The notes under the pieces: model-generated | Seen by the model: only the letters and a program-made list of their open reading frames with translations | What the model was told of the DNA's origin: nothing | The model's database searches: none | Source of the DNA: a candidate division FCPU426 bacterium | Lineage (GTDB): Bacteria > Oederibacteriota > JAAXVQ01 > JAUVAV01 | Reading direction: 5' to 3' | Length of the DNA stretch: 12,693 nt | Assembly (NCBI GenBank): GCA_030637655.1 | Contig: DAOWGI010000035.1 | Coordinates: forward strand, 1-12,693 | Shown: positions 1 through 7,174 of the stretch, piece after piece | Position numbering within the stretch: position 1 is the stretch's first letter | Layout of the letters: each line of letters opens with the position of its first letter | Made by a program: the position numbers and the translations under genes

Positions 1-50
1 TGATTGTAGCCGGGGTCCAGGTACCTTTGATTTTGTTTATAAAATCAATA

Positions 51-79
51 GATTCCGGCTGGAATCATGCCGGAATGAC
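51..79. repeat. Half of a GTCATTCC...GGAATGAC-type palindromic repeat (GATTCCGGC-tggaatcat-GCCGGAATGAC)
   Basis: 8-bp stem ATTCCGGC/GCCGGAAT ending in GAC; same architecture as the right half of the element at 10416-10491. Confidence 0.6.
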
Positions 80-153
80 GATGCTGTAATGACGATAGAA
101 GTACCTACCGTTAATAGAAAGGATGTCTGATTTACCCACACAAAACCCGGAAG

Positions 154-258
154 AGCCTTAAGTTTTTCTATGGCCTGTTGGCTACCGAGCAAAACTCCGC
201 AACGTAGCGAATCCCATAGATTGTCCAAACACACTAACCAGCTTTGCTTCCCACTTGC
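154..258 (-). pseudogene. Possible remnant of a REP-associated (Y1/HUH) tyrosine transposase C-terminal region
   Basis: Translation DNLWDSLRCGVLLGSQQAIEKLKA resembles the 'PW..L.....LGS..F.E..' segment of RAYT-like proteins; recognition by eye only, no start or HUH motif. Confidence 0.25.
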
Positions 259-274
259 AGGAATCTATATTCTA

Positions 275-303
275 TGGCAATATAAATCCTCTATTAATAT
301 AAT
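275..303 (+). promoter_or_regulatory. Putative sigma70 promoter of cupin copy 1 (identical copy at 2400-2428)
   Basis: TGGCAA-17 bp-TATAAT, then AGGA RBS before ATG 320. Confidence 0.5.
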
Positions 304-319
304 TAGGAACAAATAACAT

Positions 320-823
320 ATGAAAGACGCACTGTATTGGATAAACAAGTTGGACTTACAACCTCATCCGGAAGGCGGTTATTACCGGGAAACCTTTCGC
401 GCCCGGGAAATCATTCCTGAAGCAGGTCTGCCGCCCCGTTTCCAAGGCCCGCACAACATGTCTACGGCCATTTATTATTTGCTGGAAAAAACCGATTGCT
501 CTCATTTCCACCGCATACAGGCAGACGAAGTCTGGCATTTTTATACAGGCAGTTCCCTGTGTCTACATGTTTTTAATCCGCTCAAATTTTATTCTTGCAT
601 CCGTCTGGGTTCCCAACCCGAAGCCGGTGATGTGTACCAAACTGTGATTCCGGCCGGTTCCTGGTTTGCAGCTCACTTGCTGGATACTGAAGAATTTGCT
701 CTGGTGGGCTGTACGGTAGCGCCAGGATTTGAATTTCGCGACTTTGAATTGGGTCAACAACAGGATTTGATTCAACAATTCCCCGATCACCGCGAACTGA
801 TCGAAAAACTCACCCAATCGTAA
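320..823 (+). CDS. Cupin domain protein, DUF985/Cupin_5 family, copy 1
   Basis: Motifs LQPHPEGGYYRET, TAIYYLL, SHFHRI.ADEVWHFY.G, LVGCTVAPGFEF. Confidence 0.93.
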   Translation: MKDALYWINKLDLQPHPEGGYYRETFRAREIIPEAGLPPRFQGPHNMSTAIYYLLEKTDCSHFHRIQADEVWHFYTGSSLCLHVFNPLKFYSCIRLGSQPEAGDVYQTVIPAGSWFAAHLLDTEEFALVGCTVAPGFEFRDFELGQQQDLIQQFPDHRELIEKLTQS

Positions 824-833
824 AACCATTTAT

Positions 834-861
834 CACCGCCGAGACGCAGAGGACGCAGAGA
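834..861 (+). repeat. CACCGCCGAG-ACGCAGAG-G-ACGCAGAG short tandem repeat after the cupin stop (second copy 2959-2986)
   Basis: Repeated ACGCAGAG units seen directly in the sequence. Confidence 0.6.
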
Positions 862-913
862 AACTATCGGTCCCCTCGCCCACCAAAACAAATCGAAAAC
901 ACACGGAGTCACA

Positions 914-2062
914 TCATAAACGAATAAACCATTTTTTATGATATAGCACATATAACAGACCAAACCAAATCAAAGTATAGGATAATGCATAAAGCAAAGA
1001 ATTAAGATGCATATAGGGTGTGAGCGGCTGAAAGCAGGTTTGAAAAATCCAGGCTTTTAAGGAAACCCCGGTTGTGAGTTTAATCCTTACTAAACACTTG
1101 GCCGTAAAAGAACTGAGAAAATAGGCAAGAATAGCATTAGTACCAAAGATCTGAAAAGGCTTCATAAAAGCAGACCAGGTTTTTACATCCGCATACCAAT
1201 AGATTCCACTGAAAATAATTAATGCTAATCCTGAACTTACCAAAACATAAGAACTGCTCCAGAGGGATTTATTGATTGGGAAAAACGGCGAAATACTATA
1301 ACCTAAAATCAGCATCCCGGTTCCAACCAACACCATTCCCAAAAGTTTTCGCCGTGTTGAAATGGTTTTTTGTAGCCACCAGCAACATATAATTCCGGAT
1401 AAGGTAGTAGCCAAAGCCGAAATAGTACTGAAAAGTCCTTCAGGATCCCACCGGTATTTTGCATAAGCCCATAAGTGGCCATTCATTATCAGACGATCAA
1501 TATAAGCAGCTAGATTATTTTCCTTGGAATTTAATAATCCTGCGCCCTGGCCGGGAACAGGTACGTATTTCATACAAATAAAATAAATTGTCAATAAAGC
1601 GAAAAACAGAAAACCTAAAGTTAAAACAGATGAATTATTTTGCTCATTGTTTTTTTTATGACAAGCCAAGTAAATAAAAGAAGCTAAACCATAGCAAAGA
1701 CCAATTCGCTGCAATACACCCGGGAAGCGCAGGTGATCTCCTTTAAAAGGAAAGCCGTTCAAGACCAGGCCCAGGAGAATTAATAAAAACATTCTTCGTA
1801 AAATTCGCCAGGACACAGTAGCCAGGGAAGTTTGCTGAATGAGCCGGGGATTGAGCGATAAAGGGATGGCCATACCCACAATGAATAAAAAGAAAGGGAA
1901 GATTAAATCAGTAGGAGTCAAGCCCTGCCAGACTGCATGCCGCAAGGGGGCAAATATATGTTTGTAGGTCCCAGGATTGTTGACTATCAGCATGGCAGCT
2001 ATAGTTAAACCGCGAAAAACATCAAGAGAAATGATGCGTGACTTGACAGTAAGTTTGTCCAT
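914..2062 (-). CDS. Membrane acyltransferase, heparan-alpha-glucosaminide N-acetyltransferase-like (NagX / DUF1624 / DUF5009)
   Basis: RIISLDVFRGLTIAAM..VN, HA.W.GLTPTDLIFPFFLFIVG, GVLQRI, DPEG, PINKSLWSSSYVL; many hydrophobic segments. Confidence 0.9.
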   Translation of the reverse strand: MDKLTVKSRIISLDVFRGLTIAAMLIVNNPGTYKHIFAPLRHAVWQGLTPTDLIFPFFLFIVGMAIPLSLNPRLIQQTSLATVSWRILRRMFLLILLGLVLNGFPFKGDHLRFPGVLQRIGLCYGLASFIYLACHKKNNEQNNSSVLTLGFLFFALLTIYFICMKYVPVPGQGAGLLNSKENNLAAYIDRLIMNGHLWAYAKYRWDPEGLFSTISALATTLSGIICCWWLQKTISTRRKLLGMVLVGTGMLILGYSISPFFPINKSLWSSSYVLVSSGLALIIFSGIYWYADVKTWSAFMKPFQIFGTNAILAYFLSSFTAKCLVRIKLTTGVSLKAWIFQTCFQPLTPYMHLNSLLYALSYTLIWFGLLYVLYHKKWFIRL

Positions 2063-2170
2063 AGTTACCTTAATATAGTGAGTATTAATTCTCAGTAGTT
2101 ATAAACCCGTAGTCTATCAATTATAGCACCAACCTGACTGTTAGGTCGCGAAACATTTGAACCGTAAACT

Positions 2171-2197
2171 GGGCAAAGGTGGTTGGCACCTTTGCCC
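2171..2197. repeat. REP-like palindrome GGGCAAAGGTG-GTTGG-CACCTTTGCCC
   Basis: 11-bp perfect stem; 24 bp identical to 6037-6060. Confidence 0.9.
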
Positions 2198-2319
2198 TAA
2201 GTTAAGCCTGACCCCAACACATTGACTGTTCGTCAAAGCATCACTGGCGCTGGATAGAAATGATAGAAAAAATGATTGGAAAAACCGATGTCGTTTTTTG
2301 GAAATCAACTATAGATAAA

Positions 2320-2347
2320 GTAGGGAACGGTCGCGACCGTTCCCTAC
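2320..2347. repeat. GTAG-type REP palindrome GTAGGGAACGGTCGCGACCGTTCCCTAC
   Basis: Perfect 28-bp palindrome with GTAG/CTAC ends. Confidence 0.9.
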
Positions 2348-2377
2348 AATTTCAATCCCAATCCCAGGTTTATTCTG

Positions 2378-2996
2378 ACTTGTGGTAATCTATATTCTAT
2401 GGCAATATAAATCCTCTATTAATATAATTAGGAACAAATAACATATGAAAGACGCGCTGTATTGGATAAACAAGTTGAACTTACAACCTCATCCGGAAGG
2501 CAGTTATTACCGGGAAACCTTTCGTGCCCGGGAAATCATTCCTGAAGCTGGTCTGCCGCCCCGTTTCCAAGGCCCGCACAACATGTCCACGGCCATTTAT
2601 TATTTGCTGGAAAAAACCGATTGCTCGCATTTCCACCGCATCCGGGCAGACGAAGTCTGGCATTTTTATACAGGCAGTTCCCTGTGTCTACATGTTTTTA
2701 ATCCGCTCAAATTTTATTCCTACATCCGTCTGGGTTCCCGACCCGAAGCCGGTGATGTCTTCCAAACCGTGATTCCGGCCGGTTCCTGGTTTGCAGCTCA
2801 CTTGCTGGATACTGAAGAATTTGCCCTGGTGGGTTGTACGGTAGCGCCGGGATTTGAATTTCGCGACTTCGAATTAGGTCAACAACAGGATTTGATTCAA
2901 CAATTCCCCGATCATCGAGAATTAATTAAAAAACTTACCCAATCGTAAAACCATTTATCACCGCCGAGACGCTGAGAACGCAGAGAAAATATAGGT
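2378..2996 (+). repeat. Direct repeat copy 2 of 253-871
   Basis: Gap-free alignment at offset 2125 with scattered substitutions. Confidence 0.97.
2445..2948 (+). CDS. Cupin domain protein, DUF985/Cupin_5 family, copy 2
   Basis: 160/167 aa identical to copy 1; HPEGG changed to HPEGS. Confidence 0.92.
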   Translation: MKDALYWINKLNLQPHPEGSYYRETFRAREIIPEAGLPPRFQGPHNMSTAIYYLLEKTDCSHFHRIRADEVWHFYTGSSLCLHVFNPLKFYSYIRLGSRPEAGDVFQTVIPAGSWFAAHLLDTEEFALVGCTVAPGFEFRDFELGQQQDLIQQFPDHRELIKKLTQS

Positions 2997-3014
2997 TTAA
3001 AAGATAAAAATAAA

Positions 3015-3228
3015 GTAACTACTCAGGTCTGCAAGGAACAGGGCGCTTTGGTCTTTTTTCAAGCGTGGCAGCGGTAACTGCGGAGATGTGGTTTAGAAAA
3101 GCATATCCCCCTATTGCCCGTTACCAGCCTAGACCTTGGTTTTCCGCTTTGCAATGCTTGAAAAAAGACCAAAGTGACCTGCCAGGCGTGAATACTTGAA
3201 TACTTTTTTTACCCACTTGGGTAGTTAC
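3015..3228. mobile_element. MITE-like non-autonomous element, 214 bp
   Basis: Terminal inverted repeats GTAACTACTCAGG (3015-3027) / CTTGGGTAGTTAC (3216-3228), 11/13 match; flanked by the 8-bp direct repeat AAAATAAA (3007-3014 and 3229-3236); long internal inverted repeat; no transposase. Confidence 0.8.
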
Positions 3229-3317
3229 AAAATAAATGCATAAAAACAAACACACAATATAATGAATTTTATTGAATTCAAATGACAAATGAAGATGTGA
3301 CCCCATTTCCATTTCGT

Positions 3318-4778
3318 TTATGACAGTAATGAAGTCCCGCGCTTGCCTGCGTGGCGCAATACAACCTTGTACTCTTTGGCCATTTTCTCTATTTCCTTGA
3401 ACGAGGCATTTCGCGCCAGGCGCAGATTTTTTTGGGCCAGCTTATAATCCGGCTTCAGCTCCAAAGCCTTTTCCAAACACGGTATAGCCTGCTTGACATC
3501 CATCAGCAGCAGGTGCGCTATCGCAAGATTATGCCAAACCACATGGTTCCAAGGCGCCAATTCAAGATATTCCAAAAAAACCTCCGCCGCCTTTTGAGGC
3601 TTGCCATTCTGAAGATGCTCCAGACCTAAATAAAACAGTTTCTCTGCCTTGGCCTCGATTTCCGCGCCCGGTTCCAGGGGCGTCAGATTAACGCTAAACC
3701 CGACCCTTCTCTCGGGATTGCCAAGCTGCTCGCGCTCTTCAAGAATCGCTTTCAAAGGCGTTTTTCCACCAAACTCAGTCTTGGGTTCTGAAAACCACAT
3801 TTTTTGCAGCCGGTTTGCTTCCGCCTCTGCTTCAGCCAAATTGGGGAAATCCTCCGGCTTCACCTTCTGCATTACATAACTCATGCAAATCCTGATTAAG
3901 CTCACCTCAACCGGCCCCTTGGCAACATGGCCGGCTGACTCCTCGACCCATGAGTTCCACAGTTCAATAAAGGCGGCTTGCAGCCTGGAGAATATTTCGT
4001 CGTGTTGGGGCCGCAGGAGGATTTTTTTTACCAGGCCCGCGAAGGCCTGAGTGTGAGAGCCTTTGGCCGAGAAACTCTGCCGGGCTTCCTGGATCGTCTG
4101 GAGAATGTCTCCCCGCTTGGCTCCAGCTTCAAGGCCGAGTTTTATAAAATGCTGATCAGCCGTAATTTTTTTGGTTCCCCCAGCCTCAGCAATGAGCTTA
4201 ATCACATCCAGTATGGTCAGGTTCGGAGATGGACCAGTCTTGGTCGAAGTTTCCGGTTTCACATTGCCGGCAAGTTTGAGCATTGCCGTAGCCGCCGGGG
4301 GAAAGGAATACGACTTGCCGGTTAAGATAAAAAAATCCTGAAAGAGCAGGACCCGGAGGATGGCGCATTGTCCCTTGGCCAACCAGGCCGATGCTTGAGT
4401 GTCGAAAACAGAATACTCAATTCCGGTAAGCAAATCGTGGAGCAAGAGCTGCTTGCCGATCCGCACAGCCTTGACCTCGAAAATGCTGAATACACCGTTC
4501 AAGAATCCGTGATAGAGTCCCTTTTGTTCGGCTGAAAGATCGCCTTTTTCCAGAAAGTCCTCCAAGATCGATTGGCGTCCGGACTTCCGGCGGAAGTCGA
4601 AAATCAACCAATCCGTGAACATGGATTGCCTGTCTGCCTCATCCATGTCCAGACCCTTGAACAAGGCCGCGTTCTCCTCCACCACCTTTTGTATTTTTGG
4701 CCGGCGGCTTATAAATTCTTCCATTCCGGAATAAAATTCGCGCATTGCTGGTTGGTAAAACACGGCTTTATCATCCAT
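3318..4778 (-). CDS. Hypothetical multidomain protein with C-terminal TPR repeats (486 aa from MDDKAV)
   Basis: RBS AGAAAGGA before ATG 4778; TPR pattern (AEKLFYLG..HLQ.G...KA...F...LELAP..HVVWHNLA.A......KQAI..LEKALELKPDY..A..NL); W...P...FGGKTP motif resembling the Xre/MbcA/ParS-like C-terminal module; N-terminus resembles the domain found in SEC-C-associated proteins. Confidence 0.8.
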   Translation of the reverse strand: MDDKAVFYQPAMREFYSGMEEFISRRPKIQKVVEENAALFKGLDMDEADRQSMFTDWLIFDFRRKSGRQSILEDFLEKGDLSAEQKGLYHGFLNGVFSIFEVKAVRIGKQLLLHDLLTGIEYSVFDTQASAWLAKGQCAILRVLLFQDFFILTGKSYSFPPAATAMLKLAGNVKPETSTKTGPSPNLTILDVIKLIAEAGGTKKITADQHFIKLGLEAGAKRGDILQTIQEARQSFSAKGSHTQAFAGLVKKILLRPQHDEIFSRLQAAFIELWNSWVEESAGHVAKGPVEVSLIRICMSYVMQKVKPEDFPNLAEAEAEANRLQKMWFSEPKTEFGGKTPLKAILEEREQLGNPERRVGFSVNLTPLEPGAEIEAKAEKLFYLGLEHLQNGKPQKAAEVFLEYLELAPWNHVVWHNLAIAHLLLMDVKQAIPCLEKALELKPDYKLAQKNLRLARNASFKEIEKMAKEYKVVLRHAGKRGTSLLS

Positions 4779-4847
4779 AAAATTATCCTTTCTCCGCCCA
4801 GCCGTTGTCCTGACAGCACACCACGTGTATTCACCGGGCCAATGAGA

Positions 4848-4867
4848 ATTTGGTGCCAGCCACAAAT
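4848..4867 (-). repeat. REP-like site, inverted copy (ATTTGGTGCCAGCCACAAAT)
   Basis: Core GGTGCCAGCCAC is the exact reverse complement of GTGGCTGGCACC at 5663-5674. Confidence 0.7.
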
Positions 4868-5045
4868 GTGTGTGTGGGGGGGCGCACACATCATTATACT
4901 ATGGTATATGGTGGAGAGCACTGGGAATGTCTAAACGTGCTTGACGTGGCAGAGATGCCACTCTATAAATCTCGTGAAAGATCGTTAAGCATTGTGCATC
5001 GTATGAATCAATGTCCCCGTATTTTTCAGCGCTTTGTTAGAAAAT

Positions 5046-5285
5046 TTAGACGGATTGGCCTATTTCGTAAAGAAAATCTGGTGAAAAATCAGCATTATTG
5101 GGCCAAACAATAGTATCAATATCCTTGTTAAGGGTTACTGATTTAAAGTATAAGATATCTTTTAAAGGTTCAAAAATCCTTCCATCAAGATGGGGCTGTA
5201 AATCAACCAATTTATACTCATTATTCTCAAATTTTAATTTTAATTTATAACCTTCAATGTATGTTACATCAGTTATCCAATGCAT
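5046..5285 (-). CDS. DUF2442 domain protein, putative antitoxin
   Basis: ITDV.YIEGYKL.L.FEN.....VDL, G.IFEPLKD..YF..V, TIVWPN.ADF.PDFLYE; GGAGG RBS; follows the DUF4160 gene. Confidence 0.9.
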   Translation of the reverse strand: MHWITDVTYIEGYKLKLKFENNEYKLVDLQPHLDGRIFEPLKDILYFKSVTLNKDIDTIVWPNNADFSPDFLYEIGQSV

Positions 5286-5294
5286 GATGGCCTC

Positions 5295-5555
5295 CTAAAC
5301 TAAGGGATCAATTTTTTTAAGGTCTTCTTTTCTCTTAGCCAACTCCCAATCCTCAATTAATTCGCTTCTATGTTCAAATGCCCATTCCAAAATAAGAGAA
5401 ACTACTCTTTTGTGTAAGCTTCCTTCAATAAGTCTTAATTCATTTATAGAAAAAGCTGCTCTTTCTCCGCCATATTTAGCGTGAAAATGCGGTGGTGCAT
5501 GATCTTTGTAATACATTGAAATAACTATTCCTAAAAATCTACAAACTTCTGGCAT
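5295..5555 (-). CDS. DUF4160 domain protein, putative toxin
   Basis: MPEVCRFLGIVISMYY.DHAPPHFHA.YG...A.F.I, EWA.EH..EL..DW, KIDPL; AAGGAG RBS. Confidence 0.92.
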   Translation of the reverse strand: MPEVCRFLGIVISMYYKDHAPPHFHAKYGGERAAFSINELRLIEGSLHKRVVSLILEWAFEHRSELIEDWELAKRKEDLKKIDPLV

Positions 5556-5577
5556 TGTAACTCCTTTAGATTAACGA

Positions 5578-5594
5578 ACTGACTGACTGACTGA
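5578..5594. repeat. (ACTG)4 microsatellite in the toxin-antitoxin leader
   Basis: ACTGACTGACTGACTGA. Confidence 0.7.
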
Positions 5595-5612
5595 TAGGAA
5601 TTTAGTTTCCAG

Positions 5613-5645
5613 ATTAAGTATGCCATTACTGCTTAATTCCGTCAA
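5613..5645 (-). promoter_or_regulatory. Putative sigma70 promoter of the TA pair with an overlapping operator palindrome
   Basis: Minus strand TTGACG-17 bp-CATACT with TGn extension; inverted repeat ATTAAG(5613-5618)...CTTAAT(5632-5637). Confidence 0.6.
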
Positions 5646-5648
5646 TTT

Positions 5649-5879
5649 CTAAAGAGATAAAGGTGGCTGGCACCGCCCCCTCGCTGCTTCTTCACCACTT
5701 ATTAAAAAAGGCATCCGCAGATCCATGATGCATAAATCATAGCGCTCCCGGCCGACCTGTTCAAGAACCTCAAGGCCGTTTGAGACAATATCCAGATCCA
5801 GATCAACAAACCAGTTTTTTGCTAATAATTTGTAGACAATTTGAAGAGAAACTCTGTTTTCTGCCAAGAGAACGCGCAT
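5649..5879 (-). pseudogene. Truncated response-regulator receiver domain
   Basis: MRVLLAEN...LDIVSNGLEVLE....RYDLCIMDLRMP...GEEAAR; similarity stops after helix 3, at the REP-like site 5659-5674; beta4/beta5 with the conserved Thr and Lys are absent. Confidence 0.75.
5659..5674 (+). repeat. REP-like site AAAGGTGGCTGGCACC (right arm truncated)
   Basis: 15/16 match to the core of the 2171 and 6037 copies. Confidence 0.8.
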
Positions 5880-6036
5880 AATCTCCATCCCTTTGGAATC
5901 GGTTTGTTTTAAAACGGTTACATTCAAATCACAAGATGAATATATCGCTTAAAATACCTTTTTTTGAAATTAAGACAAACACAGTAATCTGTGCGGCATT
6001 TCTGTATTCCATTATTTTTTCAAAGCGTTAACCGCA

Positions 6037-6060
6037 GGCAAAGGTGGTTGGCACCTTTGC
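6037..6060. repeat. REP-like palindrome GGCAAAGGTGGTTGGCACCTTTGC
   Basis: Identical to 2172-2195; directly abuts the premature stop of the Fic fragment. Confidence 0.9.
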
Positions 6061-6435
6061 TCAAATATGGCCGCGCCCCAAACTATGCAGTTTCAAAACA
6101 GTTTTTTCTGAAATCGGGAGTCCCACCCCTTGTTCATGGATCAGAGACAGGGCTTGCCGGTAACCTTGAACTTCCTCCTCATCCCGGTCACGTAAAAGCG
6201 GCTTTCCAAAGATGACAGTAGCAATACGGGATTTGTCGATTTCCACGCCTTCAATCCGGTTGGAGGATACGGCACTTTCGATGAGGGCGTGTTCACGAAG
6301 TGCTTTGAGGCGTTGCGGGGCTTGTCGCGTGAACAATTCCTGTTTGCCCCGCGCCTCTCCAAGATCAGATAAATACCAGGATGTTGTTGCCGGAACGGTT
6401 TCGAACTTTCGAGCAAAGCATTGTATGGTCATCAT
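6061..6435 (-). pseudogene. Fic family protein, N-terminal fragment only
   Basis: LREHALIESAVSSNRIEGV (contains SxxxEG inhibitory motif), E.EVQGYRQAL..IHE, I.E..VLKLH; ends before the catalytic HPFxxGNGR motif. Confidence 0.82.
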
Positions 6436-6539
6436 AACGGGTCAGCTCCTGTTTCGTAATATGCCTCATCTTCCCGAACCAGCATTGGCCTGGTCATAGG
6501 CCAATAATGCGCCATATGGGTCATTTCATGCCATTTCAT
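6432..6539 (-). CDS. Possible 35-aa leader ORF coupled to the Fic gene
   Basis: MKWHEMTHMAHYWPMTRPMLVREDEAYYETGADPL*; its TGA overlaps the Fic ATG (ATGA); no clear RBS. Confidence 0.25.
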   Translation of the reverse strand: MKWHEMTHMAHYWPMTRPMLVREDEAYYETGADPL

Positions 6540-6621
6540 CACTTTTATTCATGAGATTCTTAACAAAGTTACAAAATTTGCCTCTGTCAAAAGTAGCCTC
6601 AAATGCACTCTTGATGATGTC

Positions 6622-6653
6622 TTTTGAATTTTGATTTTCGAATTTCGTATTTT
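6622..6653. repeat. Degenerate heptamer tandem repeat TTTYGWW x4.5
   Basis: TTTTGAA TTTTGAT TTTCGAA TTTCGTA TTTT. Confidence 0.65.
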
Positions 6654-6686
6654 ATCAGTATGCAGCAGTGGCTGGTTTTAAAATTT

Positions 6687-7142
6687 TTATTCTTTCAGAC
6701 TTTCAGGTTTGGTTTCCAATTTGGCTTTGATGAAATCTTTGTGCTCCAGCCACAACAGGTTGCTAATTTTACGGATGGTTTCCACTTCCGAATGAGAAAG
6801 TTCATGATCCGCCCAGGCTACGGAAAACAAATCCCGCACCAATTGCACCCGCTCCGAATACTCGTATTCCTGATTGACTTCCCGAGTAAAGCCTTGCCAG
6901 TCCAAACGCTCCTCAATGGCCCGTTGGGAAGCTGCTAAAATTTCCTGTTGCTCCTCCGGAGTGGTATAGCCTTTCTTGGCCAATAGTGCCTTTTTGGTTT
7001 CTATTTCCTGCTCTGTAATTTTTCCATCAGCCTTAGATACCAGGGATAGCAGAGCGCCCAAAACAACACGGTAGGTCAATTCATGACCGGGTTTCTCTTG
7101 GCTTTGGCTAATCATCTGAGTAAAACGATCCAAAATTCCCAT
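6687..7142 (-). CDS. TerB family (tellurite resistance-like) protein
   Basis: ALL..VSKADGKITEQE, LFSVAWADHELSHSE...IRKI..LL; AAGGAG RBS. Confidence 0.85.
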   Translation of the reverse strand: MGILDRFTQMISQSQEKPGHELTYRVVLGALLSLVSKADGKITEQEIETKKALLAKKGYTTPEEQQEILAASQRAIEERLDWQGFTREVNQEYEYSERVQLVRDLFSVAWADHELSHSEVETIRKISNLLWLEHKDFIKAKLETKPESLKE

Positions 7143-7174
7143 CGTTTTTTAGCTCCTTCAAACATTATATTTAA

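Larger units (their letters stand above)
253..871 (+). repeat. Direct repeat copy 1 (~620 bp: promoter, cupin gene, downstream GCAGAG repeat)
   Basis: Aligns without gaps to 2378-2996 at a constant offset of 2125 bp. Confidence 0.97.

Noticed and set aside
2091-2102. CTCAGTAGTTAT as a second MITE end
   Set aside because: Degenerate match with no partner end or target duplication found
3015-3228. 6S RNA or retron ncRNA
   Set aside because: No recognisable 6S central bubble and no reverse transcriptase nearby; TIRs plus target duplication fit a MITE better
4779-4889. N-terminal extension of the TPR protein given in the ORF track
   Set aside because: Runs through a hairpin and a REP-like site; a good RBS precedes ATG 4778
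4850-5113. ORF containing GGRTHHYTMVY, faintly like a DnaA C-terminal HTH signature
   Set aside because: Match too short, no RBS, and it overlaps the DUF2442 gene antisense
12-6060. CRISPR array or integron attC sites
   Set aside because: Repeats are irregularly spaced by tens to thousands of bp; no cas or integrase gene; no convincing RYYYAAC...GTTRRRY cores
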